Shown here: positions 1 to 13,795 of the stretch, one piece after another | How the letters are laid out: each line of letters opens with the position of its first letter | How positions within the stretch are numbered: the first letter of the stretch is position 1 | DNA from: Octopus bimaculoides | Taxonomy: Eukaryota | DNA length: 64,000 nt | Direction: 5' to 3' | Assembly: GCF_001194135.2 (NCBI RefSeq) | Contig: NC_068981.1 | Location: forward strand, 177,321,763 to 177,385,762 | Notes under the pieces: generated by a model | Databases searched by the model: none | What the model was told of the DNA's origin: nothing | What the model saw: the letters and a program-made list of their open reading frames with translations, nothing else | Translations under genes and position numbers: made by a program

Positions 1-24
1 ATTATTATTATTATTATTATTATT

Positions 25-203
25 GCGGTGAGCTGACAGAATCGTTAGCATGCCCGGCAAAATGCATAGCGGCATTTCGTCCGTCTTTACGTTCTGAATT
101 CAAATTCCACCAAAGTTGATTTTATTTTACATCTTTTCGGAGTCGATGTAATCGACTTTGGTTCTCCCCCAAACCTACTGGACTTATACCAAAATTTGAA
201 AAC
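25..203 (+). mobile_element. tRNA-derived SINE, family A (internally deleted copy)
   Basis: Head GCGGTGAGCTGACAGAATCGTTAGC (A-box-like) and CTGAATTCAAATTCC (B-box-like), preceded by (ATT)n. Matches other copies in the window but lacks the AAAATAAGTACCAG...CACTGGGGTCGAT segment. Confidence 0.85.
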
Positions 204-1044
204 ATTATTTTTACTATTAGTAGTAGTAGTAGTAGTAGCAGTGGTGGTGGTAGCAGTGGTAGTATTTCTAACATAAGTCATGACCACAAATTTTAGGGGA
301 GAGCAATAAATTGACTCTGAGACCTTCACTGGTACTTATTTTATTATCCTCAGAACGATGACTGTCAACGTGCAACTGTGCGAGTAGCAAGAGTAGTATC
401 ATAAAAAAAAACACCAGCATTTCTATTACTGTTATATTTTTGCAACCCGCCTATCATTACCAAAATTAATACAATATCCGAGACTCCAATTCTCAGCAAC
501 CACTACTATTACCATACCCCAACAATCACTGCAGGTACCATAATCACTACTACAATTGCCCTTACAGTCACCACTACTACTACTACCATACCTACTACAA
601 TTATATATATATATATCCCATTCGTGTTACCAGAATTTAAATAATGAGTTTTAATGACCGGAAAGTTTTCGGTGGACGAAGGAAACTTCATATGTTAACT
701 GCACATCAGATGATGGGTGGTGGAGGTGGTGGTGATGTAAAGAATATGAAGTAGGCAGGGAAGGATTCTCAATGAAGACGAGTGGGTCAGGCGAATAAGG
801 AAGAACGTTATTCTCCATCTGGCAAATCAATTGCAACTCAGACTGACTTGGTCTCATATATATAAGGAAGAAAGAAAAGCGATTCAAGCTTAATAGAAAA
901 AACAAAACAGCCAGTGTTGTGGGGTGGGGGTGTAGTGGCGAAGATAAGTAAGCGGAATATCTTAGCAAGGTCTAGACAACAAATTGGAATGGAATTCAAA
1001 ACAAGAGTGAGATTCCAGCTGATAGGTGGAGTCCTTCTTCAATT

Positions 1045-1205
1045 GCTTGGTTGTGTAATTACGAAGTTCGCTTAGCATCCACTTGCCCAAGGTTTGCAAC
1101 ACCTTGGACAAGTGTATTCTGCCACAGCCTTGACTTGAGTTCACTAACATCTTGTGAGTGGAATTTGGTGGACGAAAAGTGTGCGAGAACCCATGTATGT
1201 GTGTG
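1045..1205 (+). mobile_element. SINE family B, decayed 5' half
   Basis: CACCTTGGACAAGTGTATTCT...TTGTGAGTGGAATTTGGTGGACG resembles the family B copy at 46958-47360. Confidence 0.55.
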
Positions 1206-2473
1206 TGTATCTTTCGTTGGTAAAGGAAGTGAATAACGACGGAAAACAGGTATTCGTTGAAGTATGTTGCACTAAGTCACACATGTTCCCTTATCACTTT
1301 CGGCAAAAGAAATGCAAAGAGCTGTAATGTTTGGTCTGTTGGAAATGTGTAACCAATGCCGCTACTATTCACAAATTACAATATAAAATAAATAAAAATT
1401 ACTAATCCTTTATTTATTAACGCATGTGAGCCATAGCTGATCGATTCGTTCGTGTCAGTGTATTGCCATATTAATTGAAGGATAGTTCAGATATTTCACA
1501 TAATTATGATTCTGTGTAATTTCTTCAGAAACAAGATCACTCTAAAATACATGGCTCAGTTCTACAATGAACAGCGGCAATGTACTGGACTTGGATTATT
1601 TTACTAACCTAATACAAAATATGGTAAGGTACAGTACCAGACTTAAGCTAATTCTTTTATGTTCTGAACTCAAATACCACCAAAAGTACTATTTGAATTC
1701 AATCCTTCCGGTTTGATAAAATAAGCACTAACTGACTGCACCTCTCCCACTTACTGTGTATGTATATGTATGTGTGTATATATGTGGGGGTGGGGAGTCT
1801 TATGTGTTGAAAATTGTTATTATCCAAGAATTGTGCACTGAGAGCTGGTAGAACTGTCTAGTCATTTAATTTCATCTGCATATTCTGTGTTCAAATACTG
1901 CAACACAAACTCTCACGCGAACGTGCGGTCTCTCCCAAGCCTACGCACCAAAAGTAATTTCAACAGCTCTGTCGATTAATACAAACTTACCTGTAGCCCT
2001 CTTACATATATTTGTGTGAATATGTGTTTATCTAAATCAGGCATGAGTAACCTTTTTCAAGAAGCGTAATCATGGCTCATCATCAGTTGGCCCACACTAC
2101 TAAAAAGAATTCAAGATATTTCGTTAGGTGTGCATTCAGAAAGTCCTGCGGGCCGCAGTTTCCCCATGATTTATCTAAAAGAAAGAGAGAAATAGATATG
2201 AAAGAAAACAATACAATGTGTTTTTACCAAGTAATCGGTTTCTGCTCGCATATTAAAATAATTATTTATATTATACCTAATTAATTATTTTATTTACTGA
2301 ATCAACAGCAGTTCATTATTAAATCAGATTACACATATCCTATTAAACGAAACTTGAATGAAATTTTTTACGGAATCAAGCGCTGCAAATAATCTACGCA
2401 ATACACAAAACAGACATTTTTTGAAAATTTATTTCTGAGAAACAAGACAAAATTTTAATAGTCCTCATACGTA

Positions 2474-2685
2474 ACGCGGCTAGCTGGCAGAATCGTGAGC
2501 ACGTCGGGGGAAAACGCTTAGCGGTATTTCAGGTCTTTATGTTTTGAGTTTAAATTTCGCTGAGCTCGACTTTGCCTTTCATCCTCTCGGAATCGATAAA
2601 ATAAGTACCAATTGAACACTGGGGTTGATGTAATCGATTTACCCCCCGAAATTACTGGCCTTGTGCCAAAATTTGAAATCAATAT
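2474..2685 (+). mobile_element. SINE family A
   Basis: AGCTGGCAGAATCGTGAGCAC...TCGACTTTGCCTTTCATCC...ATAAAATAAGTACC...GGCCTTGTGCCAAAATTTGAAA. Confidence 0.85.
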
Positions 2686-3224
2686 TTCTCATGTATACTC
2701 CTACTTTCTTTATATTTATTTGTTTATATAGCTTTCAAGTTAGGGTGATGTCACATCTGGTAGAAAAGTAACGGGTCACACGTGACTTAAATATTTCAGA
2801 CTTTTGTAGAAGTAATATTGCAAACAGTCAAAATTGAATAAACCAAAAGACATCGGTACCTGACTTCAAGAAAATGTAAGCAATAAAACATCGCTCTGTA
2901 ATCTGACAGTTAGCAACTGTACCTATTGCAGTGGAGAACTAAAAAGAAAAATTGGACCATCTGTAGTTTTCGGGAGATAAACATATCTAGAACTTCAGAA
3001 GGCCTTAGATACTATTAAAAAAAAAAGGCAAACGATAAAACAATTTAGTTATTATTTAATCGACAAGTGTGAAAAAAAAGTCTTTAAGGAAAGTCTGGGC
3101 GAGATGTGTAAACTAAAAGCCAAAGAACTTTGAGTACATTTATAATTACCTCGAGCAAATTGCAGATTTAACTTTCAAACTGTATATTTAACGACAAGTT
3201 CAGGAGAGTCCATTCTTAAATGAT

Positions 3225-4235
3225 ATGTGTATGCTTGTGTACGGACGACCGTGGTTATGTGCCAATCATATTTTTAAGGTAAGTTTTTTTCAAAATATTG
3301 TTGTATTTGGGGACGGTCATGTTGCCAGTTTAGCCAATGAAAACACACGCACTATATATTTGGTGTTCACTCGCTTCAGCTTTATTTTATATTGTATTTC
3401 GGCCAGTTTTTTCGTCACACTTCTGTGACCTCATCAGTGGTCCTTTGCCTTCTTCTTTCTTTTATTGTGTCTCTCCTTACTAACGATCTGCCATTTTGTA
3501 TTCCTATTGTATGTATCTTTATTTGCGCATATCCCTCTGTGTGTCTATGTTTAGTAAGTGTTTGTGGGAATGTGTATGGTACCTGCATTATCAGTATCCC
3601 TTGTTTATCCACGTTCGTTTAATTTACTTTTATTTGTTTTATTCATGTTTTTATCTACTTTTTTTTTTGTATTAATTTTATTTTATTTTGTTCATGTATA
3701 TAATTATTCAATTCCATTTATTTATCTGTGTATCGTATTAGTTTCATACTATTATCAGTTTATGGGGATCTTATTCTGTCATAGGTTGTGATGTGGGGTG
3801 TGCTAGTGTTCCATTCTAGTTTTCTATTCAGGGTAGGGTTATCTTCTATTATGTGTGTAGCTTTCATAATTTGTCTAAACGTTGCGTCTGTTCTATGTGC
3901 GGACAATATTTTAACCTCTATGTTGTTGAGCGAGCTCGGCGTGCTGGTACAGAACCGATGAGCTCTTCTCTTCCTTAAGTTACCTCCAAAGCTCATTTAC
4001 CCGCTCTCCTATGCTCTGTACTATCTCTCTACATACATCATTGTCTTGTTTCTGCACCGTTCCTCTATAATTCGTATACTATAGACAACATTCCTAGCTT
4101 TACAGTTTGTCTGTGGGCTAAATCTACATACAATACAGTTCCTATCAGTACAGGGGGTTCCACTAAAAGGGTAGGTTCGACCGATTAGGAATTTGATAAG
4201 GTTACCTGGCATTTCTACAACCTTAATTCTTAGCT
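3225..4235 (-). mobile_element. 5'-truncated Penelope-like element: decayed GIY-YIG endonuclease plus 3' pseudo-LTR
   Basis: Minus-strand translation across frameshifts gives CIVC...NCKARNVVY...MYV(G)EIVQSIGERVNE...SVLYQHAE...RQIMKATHIIEDNPTLN. This is the NVVY / YVGET..R..EH / R.I.EA..I...P.LN pattern of PLE GIY-YIG domains. No RT domain is present. Confidence 0.8.
3388..3445 (-). ncRNA. Minimal hammerhead-ribozyme-like motif in the PLE pseudo-LTR
   Basis: Minus strand reads CCA-CTGATGA-G-GTCAC-AGAAGT-GTGAC-GAAA-AAACTGGCC-GAAATACAATATA: catalytic boxes plus a stem II. Stem I pairing is not evident. Confidence 0.4.
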
Positions 4236-5339
4236 TATTTTCTCAAAATATTGTTGATTTTCTGAATTTTCTCGGGTCCTGTAGCCAAAATATAAAATAT
4301 CAGGAAAATATATAAAGTAAATAATTTCTTTTCGTTCTTTTAATCTTAACAGTTCGTTAAGTATAAAACTTAGCGATAGGGACGAGACCCCTTGTACTAA
4401 CGACTAGAAAGATATAACCAGCTATTGTATATGTGCGCGCGCGAGCATGTAAGCATGAATACGTGTGCAAACTTTGACAGTAGAATTGCTCAGAGAACCT
4501 ACTGAATGCATTAAGCTGAGTACATCTAGGAAGAAAATATTTATAAATAGACGCAAAGGAATAAATTGAATATTACATGAAGGTCAATAACCGTTGGGTC
4601 AAATTGAATAAAGAATGAATATCTCTCGAAAATATATTCTTTGTATAACGTATATGATGAAAGAAAGAGGAATTCCGCATTAATTCTCTGATCAATTTAT
4701 ACCCAGTCATTATTAATGTTCCTGTATATTTCTATTTCATTCTGCACCCGATTTTCTTTTTTCTTTAATTTCTTACCTTCTTAATGATTTCCAAGTTATT
4801 GCAGTGTGATGTAGCAATAGTAACTCAGCTTAAAATTTCAAACTTATGGATACTTTGCTTTAAAAATATAGCATGTCCAAAAGCTTGTCAAGTTTCGATT
4901 GTCTTCCCTTTTTTCATCCGTTATTGGATGGTAATTATAAGTTAATAAAAGCCAATATAATTCTCTTATCTTGTAATTTAAAAGAAACTTGTCTACACCT
5001 ATTTCAATAAAGTTAACAACTACTGACTAACAATAAAAAAGTGATTTTAAATCATCGTGTTATTATCAGGCCTTATTCCTTTAATACAAAGGATCCTTAT
5101 TATTGGTATAATGACTCCCCCCCCCCAAAAAAAAACAAGATTTATCAACTAAAGTTACCAATTAAAGTTGTTTCTGCAAAGTCAAAAGTAATCAACAAAA
5201 TCAAACGAAGAGTGATGTTGCATCCATATAAACTAGTTTTTGGTGAGCTAAAGAAGAAGCCTTTACGCAGACATTCAACTTGTTGGTAATAGTAACCAAA
5301 TCTTCCTCATATCACACCTACCACCTAAAGAAATTGAAC

Positions 5340-6090
5340 AGCCTTGATATAGTCTCATTATTACTCACTATTTCCTGCAACTATCTTTGGGAATATACCA
5401 TGCAAAGCGTTCTCTTGCCAGTCAGATAATCTTCCTTCTTGTTTCTGGTTTTTAACTTCATTTGGTTTTTTGGTTTCCCTATAGCCTACTGTGACTCTAG
5501 CAACTCTTAATAAACTTTCTTCACTATTACCTACACAGGAGGCTATATCTACTTTAGTTAACTCCACTATCTTACTAATATTAACCCTCTTCCACCTTCT
5601 TTTCTAGGTAAGTATAATCTTGCTACTCCTATTCTTGGGTGAAATCCTCCATTCATATTGAATTCCTTCCTAGTTCTTCTGTCTAGGTTTGTTAATTCAG
5701 ATTTTGTCTAATCTACAGAAGCTGCTGAGTATCTAAGTAACGATACAACCATAGTAGATTCGGACCATTTAGCTTTGACTTCATTAGCTTCCTCACCCTT
5801 TCTGATGTACTCCTCAATTTTTTATTTCATTTCTATAGTTAGTACTCAGTCAGATTCTAATACATTTAGATACTTATAGCTCCCTCCTTCTTTGAATGAT
5901 TTTAATGTCTGGCCATCTGGCATTTGGATGCCTTCACTGCTGACTACTTGTTCCTTTTCAATGACAAATATTGCACACTTATCTATGCACAAATTCCGTG
6001 CCAATATCTTTGCTGAATTAAGGAATCTCTTTTTTATTCTTACTAAAAAAGCTTCCGATCGTCCACCTAGACCCAAACGTTAATTTTACC
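5340..6090 (-). mobile_element. Decayed R4/Dong-like non-LTR retrotransposon, RT C-terminal region
   Basis: Minus strand: IDKCAIFV...GIQMPDGQTLKSFKEGGSYKYLNVLESD...LLRYSAA...LDRRTRKEFNMNGGFHPR...RLYLPRKEGGRGL...WQENALHG, with stops and frameshifts. Confidence 0.8.
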
Positions 6091-6237
6091 TTTACTATTT
6101 CTGAACTGATACTCTGCCTTTACCTTTCTTAATATTAAACTGAGGGTGGTTAAACATAAGACAAATATTAAAAGGGATAACGAGTCTCCTTGATAAATTC
6201 CTCTCTTGATATTAATTTTCGCTAAGGCTGCTGCTGC

Positions 6238-6271
<34 letters not shown>

Positions 6272-6300
6272 ATTATTATTATTAATATTATTATTATTAT

Positions 6301-6500
6301 TGCGAGCTGGCAGAATCGTTAGCAAGTCAGGCAAAATGCTTAGCAACATTTCGTCCGTCTTTACATTCTGAGTTCAAATTCCGCTGAGGTCGACTTTACC
6401 TGCCATCCTTTTGAGATCGATAAAATCAGTGCCAGTTGAGAACTGGGGTTGATGTAATGGACTTACTCTCTCCCCCAAAATTGCTGGCCTTGTGCCAAAA
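6301..6500 (+). mobile_element. SINE family A flanked by (ATT)n
   Basis: GCGAGCTGGCAGAATCGTTAGC...GAGTTCAAATTCCGCTGAGGTCGAC...GGCCTTGTGCCAAAA. Confidence 0.85.
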
Positions 6501-8254
6501 TTATTATTATTATTATTTCTTAGCTTTCAAATTAGAGCGTCGTAATTTCCCCAAGTAAGATATGACTCATATATTTCGTTAGCTATTTTTCTGTTTACAT
6601 AACACTTCTTTTTCGGAGATCTCCAGGTGTTCAGAACCTTTAATTTACTATTTCCTCACCTGTCTTAAATTTCGCTTGCCTGAGCTTCTTATATTAGATT
6701 TAAATACTCTTAACATTTTCCCATCGTTGTATTTTGCAGTGAAACTTTTTGTTTATTTTTATATATAGTTTCTCTCACCCTTTAATTCTATAATTAACTA
6801 TTATCCTTATATAATATGTATGTCACCTAATTAGTCACATAACACCGAGTATTTTAAATTTTAATCAAGTCTCATAATTTCACTCCATCGTTCTCATTGC
6901 TTCCGACCAATCGTTTGCCTTCTTTCTGAAACGTATCTCTGTTAATATGGTTGCTGCTCCAAGAAACTAACGCAAGACTATTTTCATTTCACCGGCAACA
7001 GTTACCCCGTTAACCTACTGTCGATAACTTCGAAACTGTGGAGATGAAGGCAAATTATTTCTTCCATTCTTCATTGGAGTGTAATGAAAACATGCCACTA
7101 AACTCACATATTAGTGTGCACATGTCCACATTGCTAGATGACCACTGAATCCCTTGAGTTCATCCTATCTTTGGCAGGTCTGTTTTCTATCCTGCAGAGT
7201 ATTTTAAATCACTGTTCTCGTGAAGCAAGCTTGGTGGGGTTGCCAGTTTAGTCATTGGGCACCCGACATGGCAACTTGTAATCAGTTACAAGTTATCGGT
7301 AGCGTTCTGATACGCATGTAGCTCTCTCTCACGTGAAAAGAAATGAATAAAAAAAAACTTGCGCTAGTCTAGCATTTGTGTCTCGTAAGAATGAAAGATT
7401 CATATAAAAATAGGAATTGTTGTTTCTATTCATTCCTATATCTCAAGCATGCATTTGATTCATTCAGCAAATGCCAATAATACACATACGGTCGGTGTGT
7501 GTGTGTGTGTGTGTGTGTGCAACTACCAACCTGTTGTAATAGTGTATCCCCTACATGATAAATTGCAAGATTCTGAAAGATGGTCATAGAATGTTCTTCA
7601 GATATTTTACGAAAGGGCTATTTGTCACTGGCATTGAAATTCTTGTTTCATTTGAGTTGTTTTTGTTTTTTTTTTATTTTTAACATATTAACCTTATAAC
7701 TACAACACCACATTAATTTTCTCTCTTATTTTTTCATTAAAATACAGTTCGTGCTTCAATTTTCTCCCCTTTTTTGTTTTGACATTTGAAAGCATTATCC
7801 TGTTAATGGCATTTGGAAATATTATCGTCTGCTAATGCTGTGAAGTTTTCCATAGTTTACTTCACAGTTCTGAAATAGTCTCTTTGTACAGCTTAATTTT
7901 TTGTTTTATGTTATGTTGACGGAGATTCTGCTTTTGTCCTTTTGAAGCTATTTCTTTATGCTTTAAATTAATTGTCCTAGAATGGAGAGATGAAAAGCAA
8001 ATGCTAATCACAACGTGACATTTAGATTATGTGATACCTTGTAAGATGTAATAAACTGTATCATCAGTTCTTATATAACCTAACCAGTAGGCTATTGTGC
8101 CATATCATTCAAAATAAAGGGTATAAAAATATTCAATGTGTATATCATATGGTGAAAGAGGAAATATTGGGACGATAATTATAAGTATCATATATACAGA
8201 CGAAGAAAAAAATCTTTGGGGAGTGTTTTCCACCCACTAGCCTAACAATACTCT

Positions 8255-8900
8255 TACCTAGATAAGATTTGTTCCATGCCCACACTGGCACTTCAGGTAA
8301 ATCCAATTAGACAGCTGGAAGTTTCTGGGTAAGCTTTCGATGATTTTGCACCCACTTCTGTTATCTACTAGCTCCACGCAGTCGTTCCGTGCGTCCAAAA
8401 TATAGTTCCAGTCGCCCACTAGTACTAAAGAGTGAGACGTTCCCGGGAATGTTTTTAGACGTCTGAAAAAATCTGGCCTTCTAACCCCTGTCAGGGCATA
8501 AGGGCCACCAATATAAAGGCGCCACAACTTCGCTACGTCCAGGACCACCAATTTATCGTCTGGGTCCAAAAAGTTTGCCCGTACTTTGAGATCTAAGGTT
8601 TTCCAGAATAGCACTGCTACTCCGCCTCCCTATTTCAGAGTCGAAAATGGGCGCTACTGTGTACACTCTAGAAATCCTCGTCTCGCTGATAGCTACCGCA
8701 TTCTATGTAGAGTGACTTGAGATTGTTGAGCAAGCGACCTTGCTTCCAAGCTGACCTCAGCTTGGAAGCGCACACACCACTCTTAGTACAGCCATGTTCG
8801 TCAGAGAATGAAAAGGAGAGATCACTCACCTTGATCTTCGAGAAGTTTGGGTGTTCCGAGCCTCTCTTCGGGCGAATGTTTTCTAAAAGGCTCTTCTGAA
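8255..8900 (-). mobile_element. Decayed L1/Tx1-like LINE, APE endonuclease N-terminal part
   Basis: Minus strand: ATG at about 8795 MAVLRVVC..., VAISETR, GVAVLFWK, and SLVLVGDWNYILD (the GDFN motif of APE domains). Frameshifted. Confidence 0.8.
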
Positions 8901-9972
8901 AGTCATTGCCACATGCAAAAGTACTGTTTTTAATGCTATGTTTTATTGTCAGATGTACATCTTGCAGGTGGGTAAGGCATTTAAAAAAATGATTATCTGT
9001 TACTTAGCATCATAAGTGGAATATAAACCCCCTAAGATCATAGCCACAATGATTTACATAAAGCAATAATACGATACTGATTACTATGAGGATTCTATAT
9101 AAGATTATGCCTTTATGAAATATTAAAAAAATTCTTGTTGAAATATTTCTAGAAATTATTTTTTTCGCTTGTTCTTGTGAGTCTTTCCTTCTGTCTTTCT
9201 CTCGTCATTTAGCAGAGAAAAGCCGACCTTACGCTTTATCAATTATATCAAATGTCAGCATCTCTGAAATATGGATCAACTTAAACGAAATATTTCCGTA
9301 GCAGACTTGTTTATTTAGTTGTGTATGATATTGCTCGAAATTCCAGCTCTTCTTCCGCAATGCGAGCGAATGAATTATATTGAATCAATTGCCTAGCAAC
9401 AAGCATCACTAAAATCAGTTACTCTCTTCCTCTACCTTTTATTATTATACGTGCGCGTGTGTGTGTGAATGAATGAGCGCTTGCGTCTGAGCCTTTCTAC
9501 ATGTACGAGTAAACCTCTGCAGACATATGCGTGTATTTATCGCTCTGTGTGTGTAGGTGTAGCGCGGACGGGCTTACGAGCATGCAGGCTTCCTTCCTGG
9601 TCACTGTCAGAGTAGAATATCAATAATTCATTTCACTTTATACGATTCTTCTATTCAAGGTCCCAGTGAGATGAAACAGATCAGGATCGACCCACTCTCC
9701 CTTTCCGTTCTTGCTGCGCATCGATTTGTTCGTAGTCAGTAAATTCGCACGCTATATGACAGTGGAAAATTGAAGCAGCAGTCATGTTAATTGGCTGCCG
9801 GTCGCTTTACTATCAAATACACCTAGTATCTGATTTATTCGTAACTAATTCCGGGAAAATCAGGAAAAAAAAGAAAAAGAAACCTTTCATTCTTGTTTCC
9901 TAGCAACCAGTTTCTGCTAAACAAAATATAGATTCGTCTGTGCAAGCGTGCTTCTATACACACGCAGGCGTG

Positions 9973-10006
<34 letters not shown>

Positions 10007-10599
10007 TGTGAACATATGGGAGCGTACATTTTTTCAACATGATCCATTTGTCGAAAGCGAAGTGATGGGAATTGAACTACATATCTTTCGCTTGCTGTAA
10101 TGGTTTTCAAGACCAATTTAGTGCATAGATATTTTTAAAACCGAAAATGTGTGTGTGTGTGTAAATGGTAACTAGACACATCAACCTCACTAAGCACACA
10201 GGCACGTACGCATATTTTGGTGTGTGTGTGTACGCGCACGTACAGACAGAGAGCTAGAAAAAGAGAGAGAAAGAAATGGTGGCAATGATGGCGATAACTG
10301 TTCCTTGCTTTTAGACCACTGAAGGGGTTGCCAATGAAGGGTCCGCACATATTTTTTGCTGTGGCTGATTAAGCTTCTGTAGATTATGTAACCTATATTG
10401 GTGCACACGCGGCCAAGAGACAGATGAATAATGAATCTCTCTAATGACAAAGGATTAGTTATCCTATATCAGTCAATATGTTTTAATAAAATCAAGCAAT
10501 ACAGCATAAAGCATTGACCAATTCAAGATGGAGAAAAAAAAGTATTTCCATTCATGCGCTAAAACAGTTCTGGAATTACAAGCCCTTAGGAAGAAACAT

Positions 10600-10894
10600 G
10601 GTACTTGTTTCAGTCATTTGACTGCGGCCATGCTGGAGCACTGCCTTAAAGGGATTTTTAGTCGAAGAAATCGACCGCAGGACTTATTCTTTGTAAACAT
10701 AGTACTTATTCTTTCGGTCTGTCTAGGCGAACCGCTAAGTTACGGGGACGTAAACACACCAACATCGGTTGTCAAACGATGGTGGGGGGACAAACACAGA
10801 CTCAAAGACACACAAATATATATATATATAGAGAGAGAGAGAGGGGGGAGAATTCACAAAAAAACCCAAAAGATGAAGACAGGTTGTATATATA

Positions 10895-10955
<61 letters not shown>

Positions 10956-11230
10956 ATATTGATAGATAGATACTCAGTTGCGAGATTGCTACGCAATAAC
11001 CAGCATTTTGGGCATGTATAATAGGGTACACTACCAGCAGTATATTGGATAGGTAATATCCCTCAGTTGGTTGGTTTCCCAACCTCTAACTCTCACAGAA
11101 ATAGATAGATAGATATACGACGGGCTTCGTTCAGTTTCCGTCTACCAAATCCACTCACAAGGCTTTGGTGGTCGGCCTGCTGTGGGGACTAAATCCAGAA
11201 TCATATGGTTGGGAAGCAAACCCGCTTACA
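10600..11230 (-). mobile_element. SINE family B copy split by a central insertion or microsatellite expansion
   Basis: 3' half at 10600-10810 (TTGTTTCAGTCATTTGACTGCGGCCATGCTGGAGCAC...) and 5' half at about 11110-11230 (TTTCCGTCTACCAAATCCACTCACAAGGCTTTGGT). Confidence 0.8.
10887..10953. repeat. (TA)n microsatellite
   Basis: Direct observation; one interruption. Confidence 0.95.
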
Positions 11231-12493
11231 GACAGGAATGAAACTGGGCATCTCTTGTTGACATCGTGCTATTCGCTTCCTTTCCCCTCACAATAAAGTT
11301 TTCCAATCTAAGCGCTATGCTAGCAATTTCGAGGAGATGAAGTTAGTACATTGGCTGGCATATTATTTTAACGATCTCGAAAGGAGGAAAGGCAAAGCTG
11401 ACCTCGGTGAGATTTGAACTCAGAATTTCTCTTACAAATAAATGTTTAAATGCGGCTCTAGTATTATTCCCTTCATGGGACTGTCACATTAAGTTGACAG
11501 CATACAGATATTTTCTATATTTTCCAAAATCTCGATCGGTTCTCCAGGTGTTACCTATCTTGCCCGCTGATTTCCGATTCTAAACACCCCTAGAGGGAAT
11601 TTTATGCGTTAATTGCATGAATAATCTCAAATAATCGAAGTTATTTCTAAAACATATGAAATATGAGGCCTTAACGTTTCTATTTTTAGTTTGTAGAACG
11701 CCCTTCCAAAGTATTTTCCCTCAGTGAAGTTGCTGAGATTTAAACTAACGTGATAGTAACCTTATGAAACGCTTTTCATATCAGCTCGTGATCCACCAAG
11801 TACCTGCTGCTTTACACTTGTTCGTTGTATTAGCAGGATTCACGAAGGTAGTTCCGACTGATTACATTAAAGTTGAATGTCAAAATTATTTGTTTTTATC
11901 TATATATAATAGACGATTTTTTTTATTGAGAAAACATGGGTGAAGACAAAGTTTTGTGGCTATGAACTTCGCTTCACAACTACGAGATTTCGGATTCGAT
12001 TTCACTGCGAGACACTGAGAAAGTGTCCTCTACCAGAGTTTTGGTTCGACCAAAGCTTTGTGAGTGAAATTTGATAGATAGGAACTATGTATAAGTGTAT
12101 CGGAGGGGCCGTTTTTATTCTAGGGTAGTAGAGTTAATGTATCGCCCAGTTTAACGCCACAATCTGACTCTTAAATGTTTTTAACGGAAACTACTCTGAT
12201 GCAAATATTTGAGTCGGGTCCTCGACCTGTTGATAACTTCTTTATTCGTATTAGTCACAGAGGCCTTGAAGAGGGTTATAAGCGCTGCTGTTTCCCCTCT
12301 GATGAAACCATTACAAGTTATATCTGCTGTTATTGTAATTTCTGTGCCATGTTTTATCTCTTTCCGATCTAGCTTATCAATACATTACCTCGAGACACTT
12401 TACAAAAAGTATATCTCTATTTCTAATTAACATAAACATAAATAAATAATACATTCTTGAAGTGGAATATAATTATTTACCTACTTTTATATA

Positions 12494-13795
12494 CGAGGGT
12501 AAGTCAAAAATTATACGCATCCTTGTTTCTGTAATTTATTAAAACAAAAGCAGGGGTTGAACAATTACATCACTTTCGACATGGTCTCCTTTCTTTTCGA
12601 TGCACTACTTCCAGCGGTCCACAAGCTTACTTATTCCATCGGAGATGAAAGTTTTCGGCTGGTAGCGCAGCCATTTATGCACCTCTTCCACCACTTTTTT
12701 CACTATAGCAAATCAACGACCTCGTAAAGAATGTTTGAGCGGTCCAAAGAGGTAATAGCGAGAAGGGACGAGATCTGGACCGTATGCATGTTCCAGCTAC
12801 TCGAAATCTAATTTTCAATGCTTTCAACGCTGTGGATGGTCATGTGTGGGCGTGCATTGTCGTGCAACAATAACACTTACTTTGACAACAGATCTCAGTG
12901 TTTGGTGAGAATTACTGGTTTCAGTTTGTTGGCCACCATTTCACTGTAGCTTACACAGGTAACGGTTGGCTCTTTTTCCAGGTAATGCTCCAGTATGGGC
13001 CATTTCACATCCCAATAACCGGTTAGCATCATTTATTCTGCAAAAGATTGACTCTTGAATTTCCTTTTTTGCTGGCGACTCCGAGTGTTTCTACTCCGTA
13101 CCCTGCCTTTTGGATTTTAGCTGAAAGTGATGGACCCAAATCTTACCTCATCTGTAACTATTCTCTCCGAAAAAGCTTCGCTTTCATCGTTGAAGCTGTC
13201 AAGTAAACGTTACAGATCTCCACACGATTGCGCTTATGCGCTTCGGTAAGCTCTCTTGGCACCCATCTCGCACCGACTTTGCGGAAGCGAAGCTTGTAGC
13301 GGATGATTTCGTATGCAGAACTATGACTGATTTGCAGAGAGCATGCCACCTCATCGATGGTCACTCGTCGGTTCTCCAGAACCATCTCTCGAGCTGGTTG
13401 AATCTTCATGTCAGTGGTGGAGGTTGGTGGGCGTCCTGCTCTCCTTCGTACTTCATGCTAGTTCAGTCATTTTTAAACTTCGCGATCCACTCAGACACAC
13501 TTTTACGCGTTAGAGCAATGTCTCCGTATTGTACTGAAAACCTGCGACGAATTTCAGCCCATGATACACGTTCAAACCACAGAAATCAAATCACTGATCT
13601 CTCTTCTTCTTCTTTGGTGCACATTACCAGCAGAGCGATCATGTTTACTGTGTAACTCGAGAAAGAAAATTGGAGTGATCAAGATCAAACCTCGGTTACA
13701 TAACCACAAAAGTACCAATTTTTAGCACGCTAACGCTAATGACAAATGTAACGAGCGTCAAGAAAGTTTTAGCGATACTTTTTAACTTCCTCTAG
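12494..13795 (-). mobile_element. Near full-length (about 1.3 kb) decayed mariner DNA transposon
   Basis: TA on both flanks. Imperfect TIRs CGAGGGTAAGTCAAAAATTATACGC and GCGATACTTTTTAACTTCCTCTAG. Minus-strand motifs WVPRELT, IVT-DE, LLHDNARPH and YGPDLVPSRYYLFGPLK (YSPDLAP motif). Multiple stops and frameshifts. Confidence 0.93.

Noticed and set aside
10528-11082. ORFs with IYIY runs, including the 144-aa one
   Set aside because: Translations of SINE family B and a (TA)n microsatellite.
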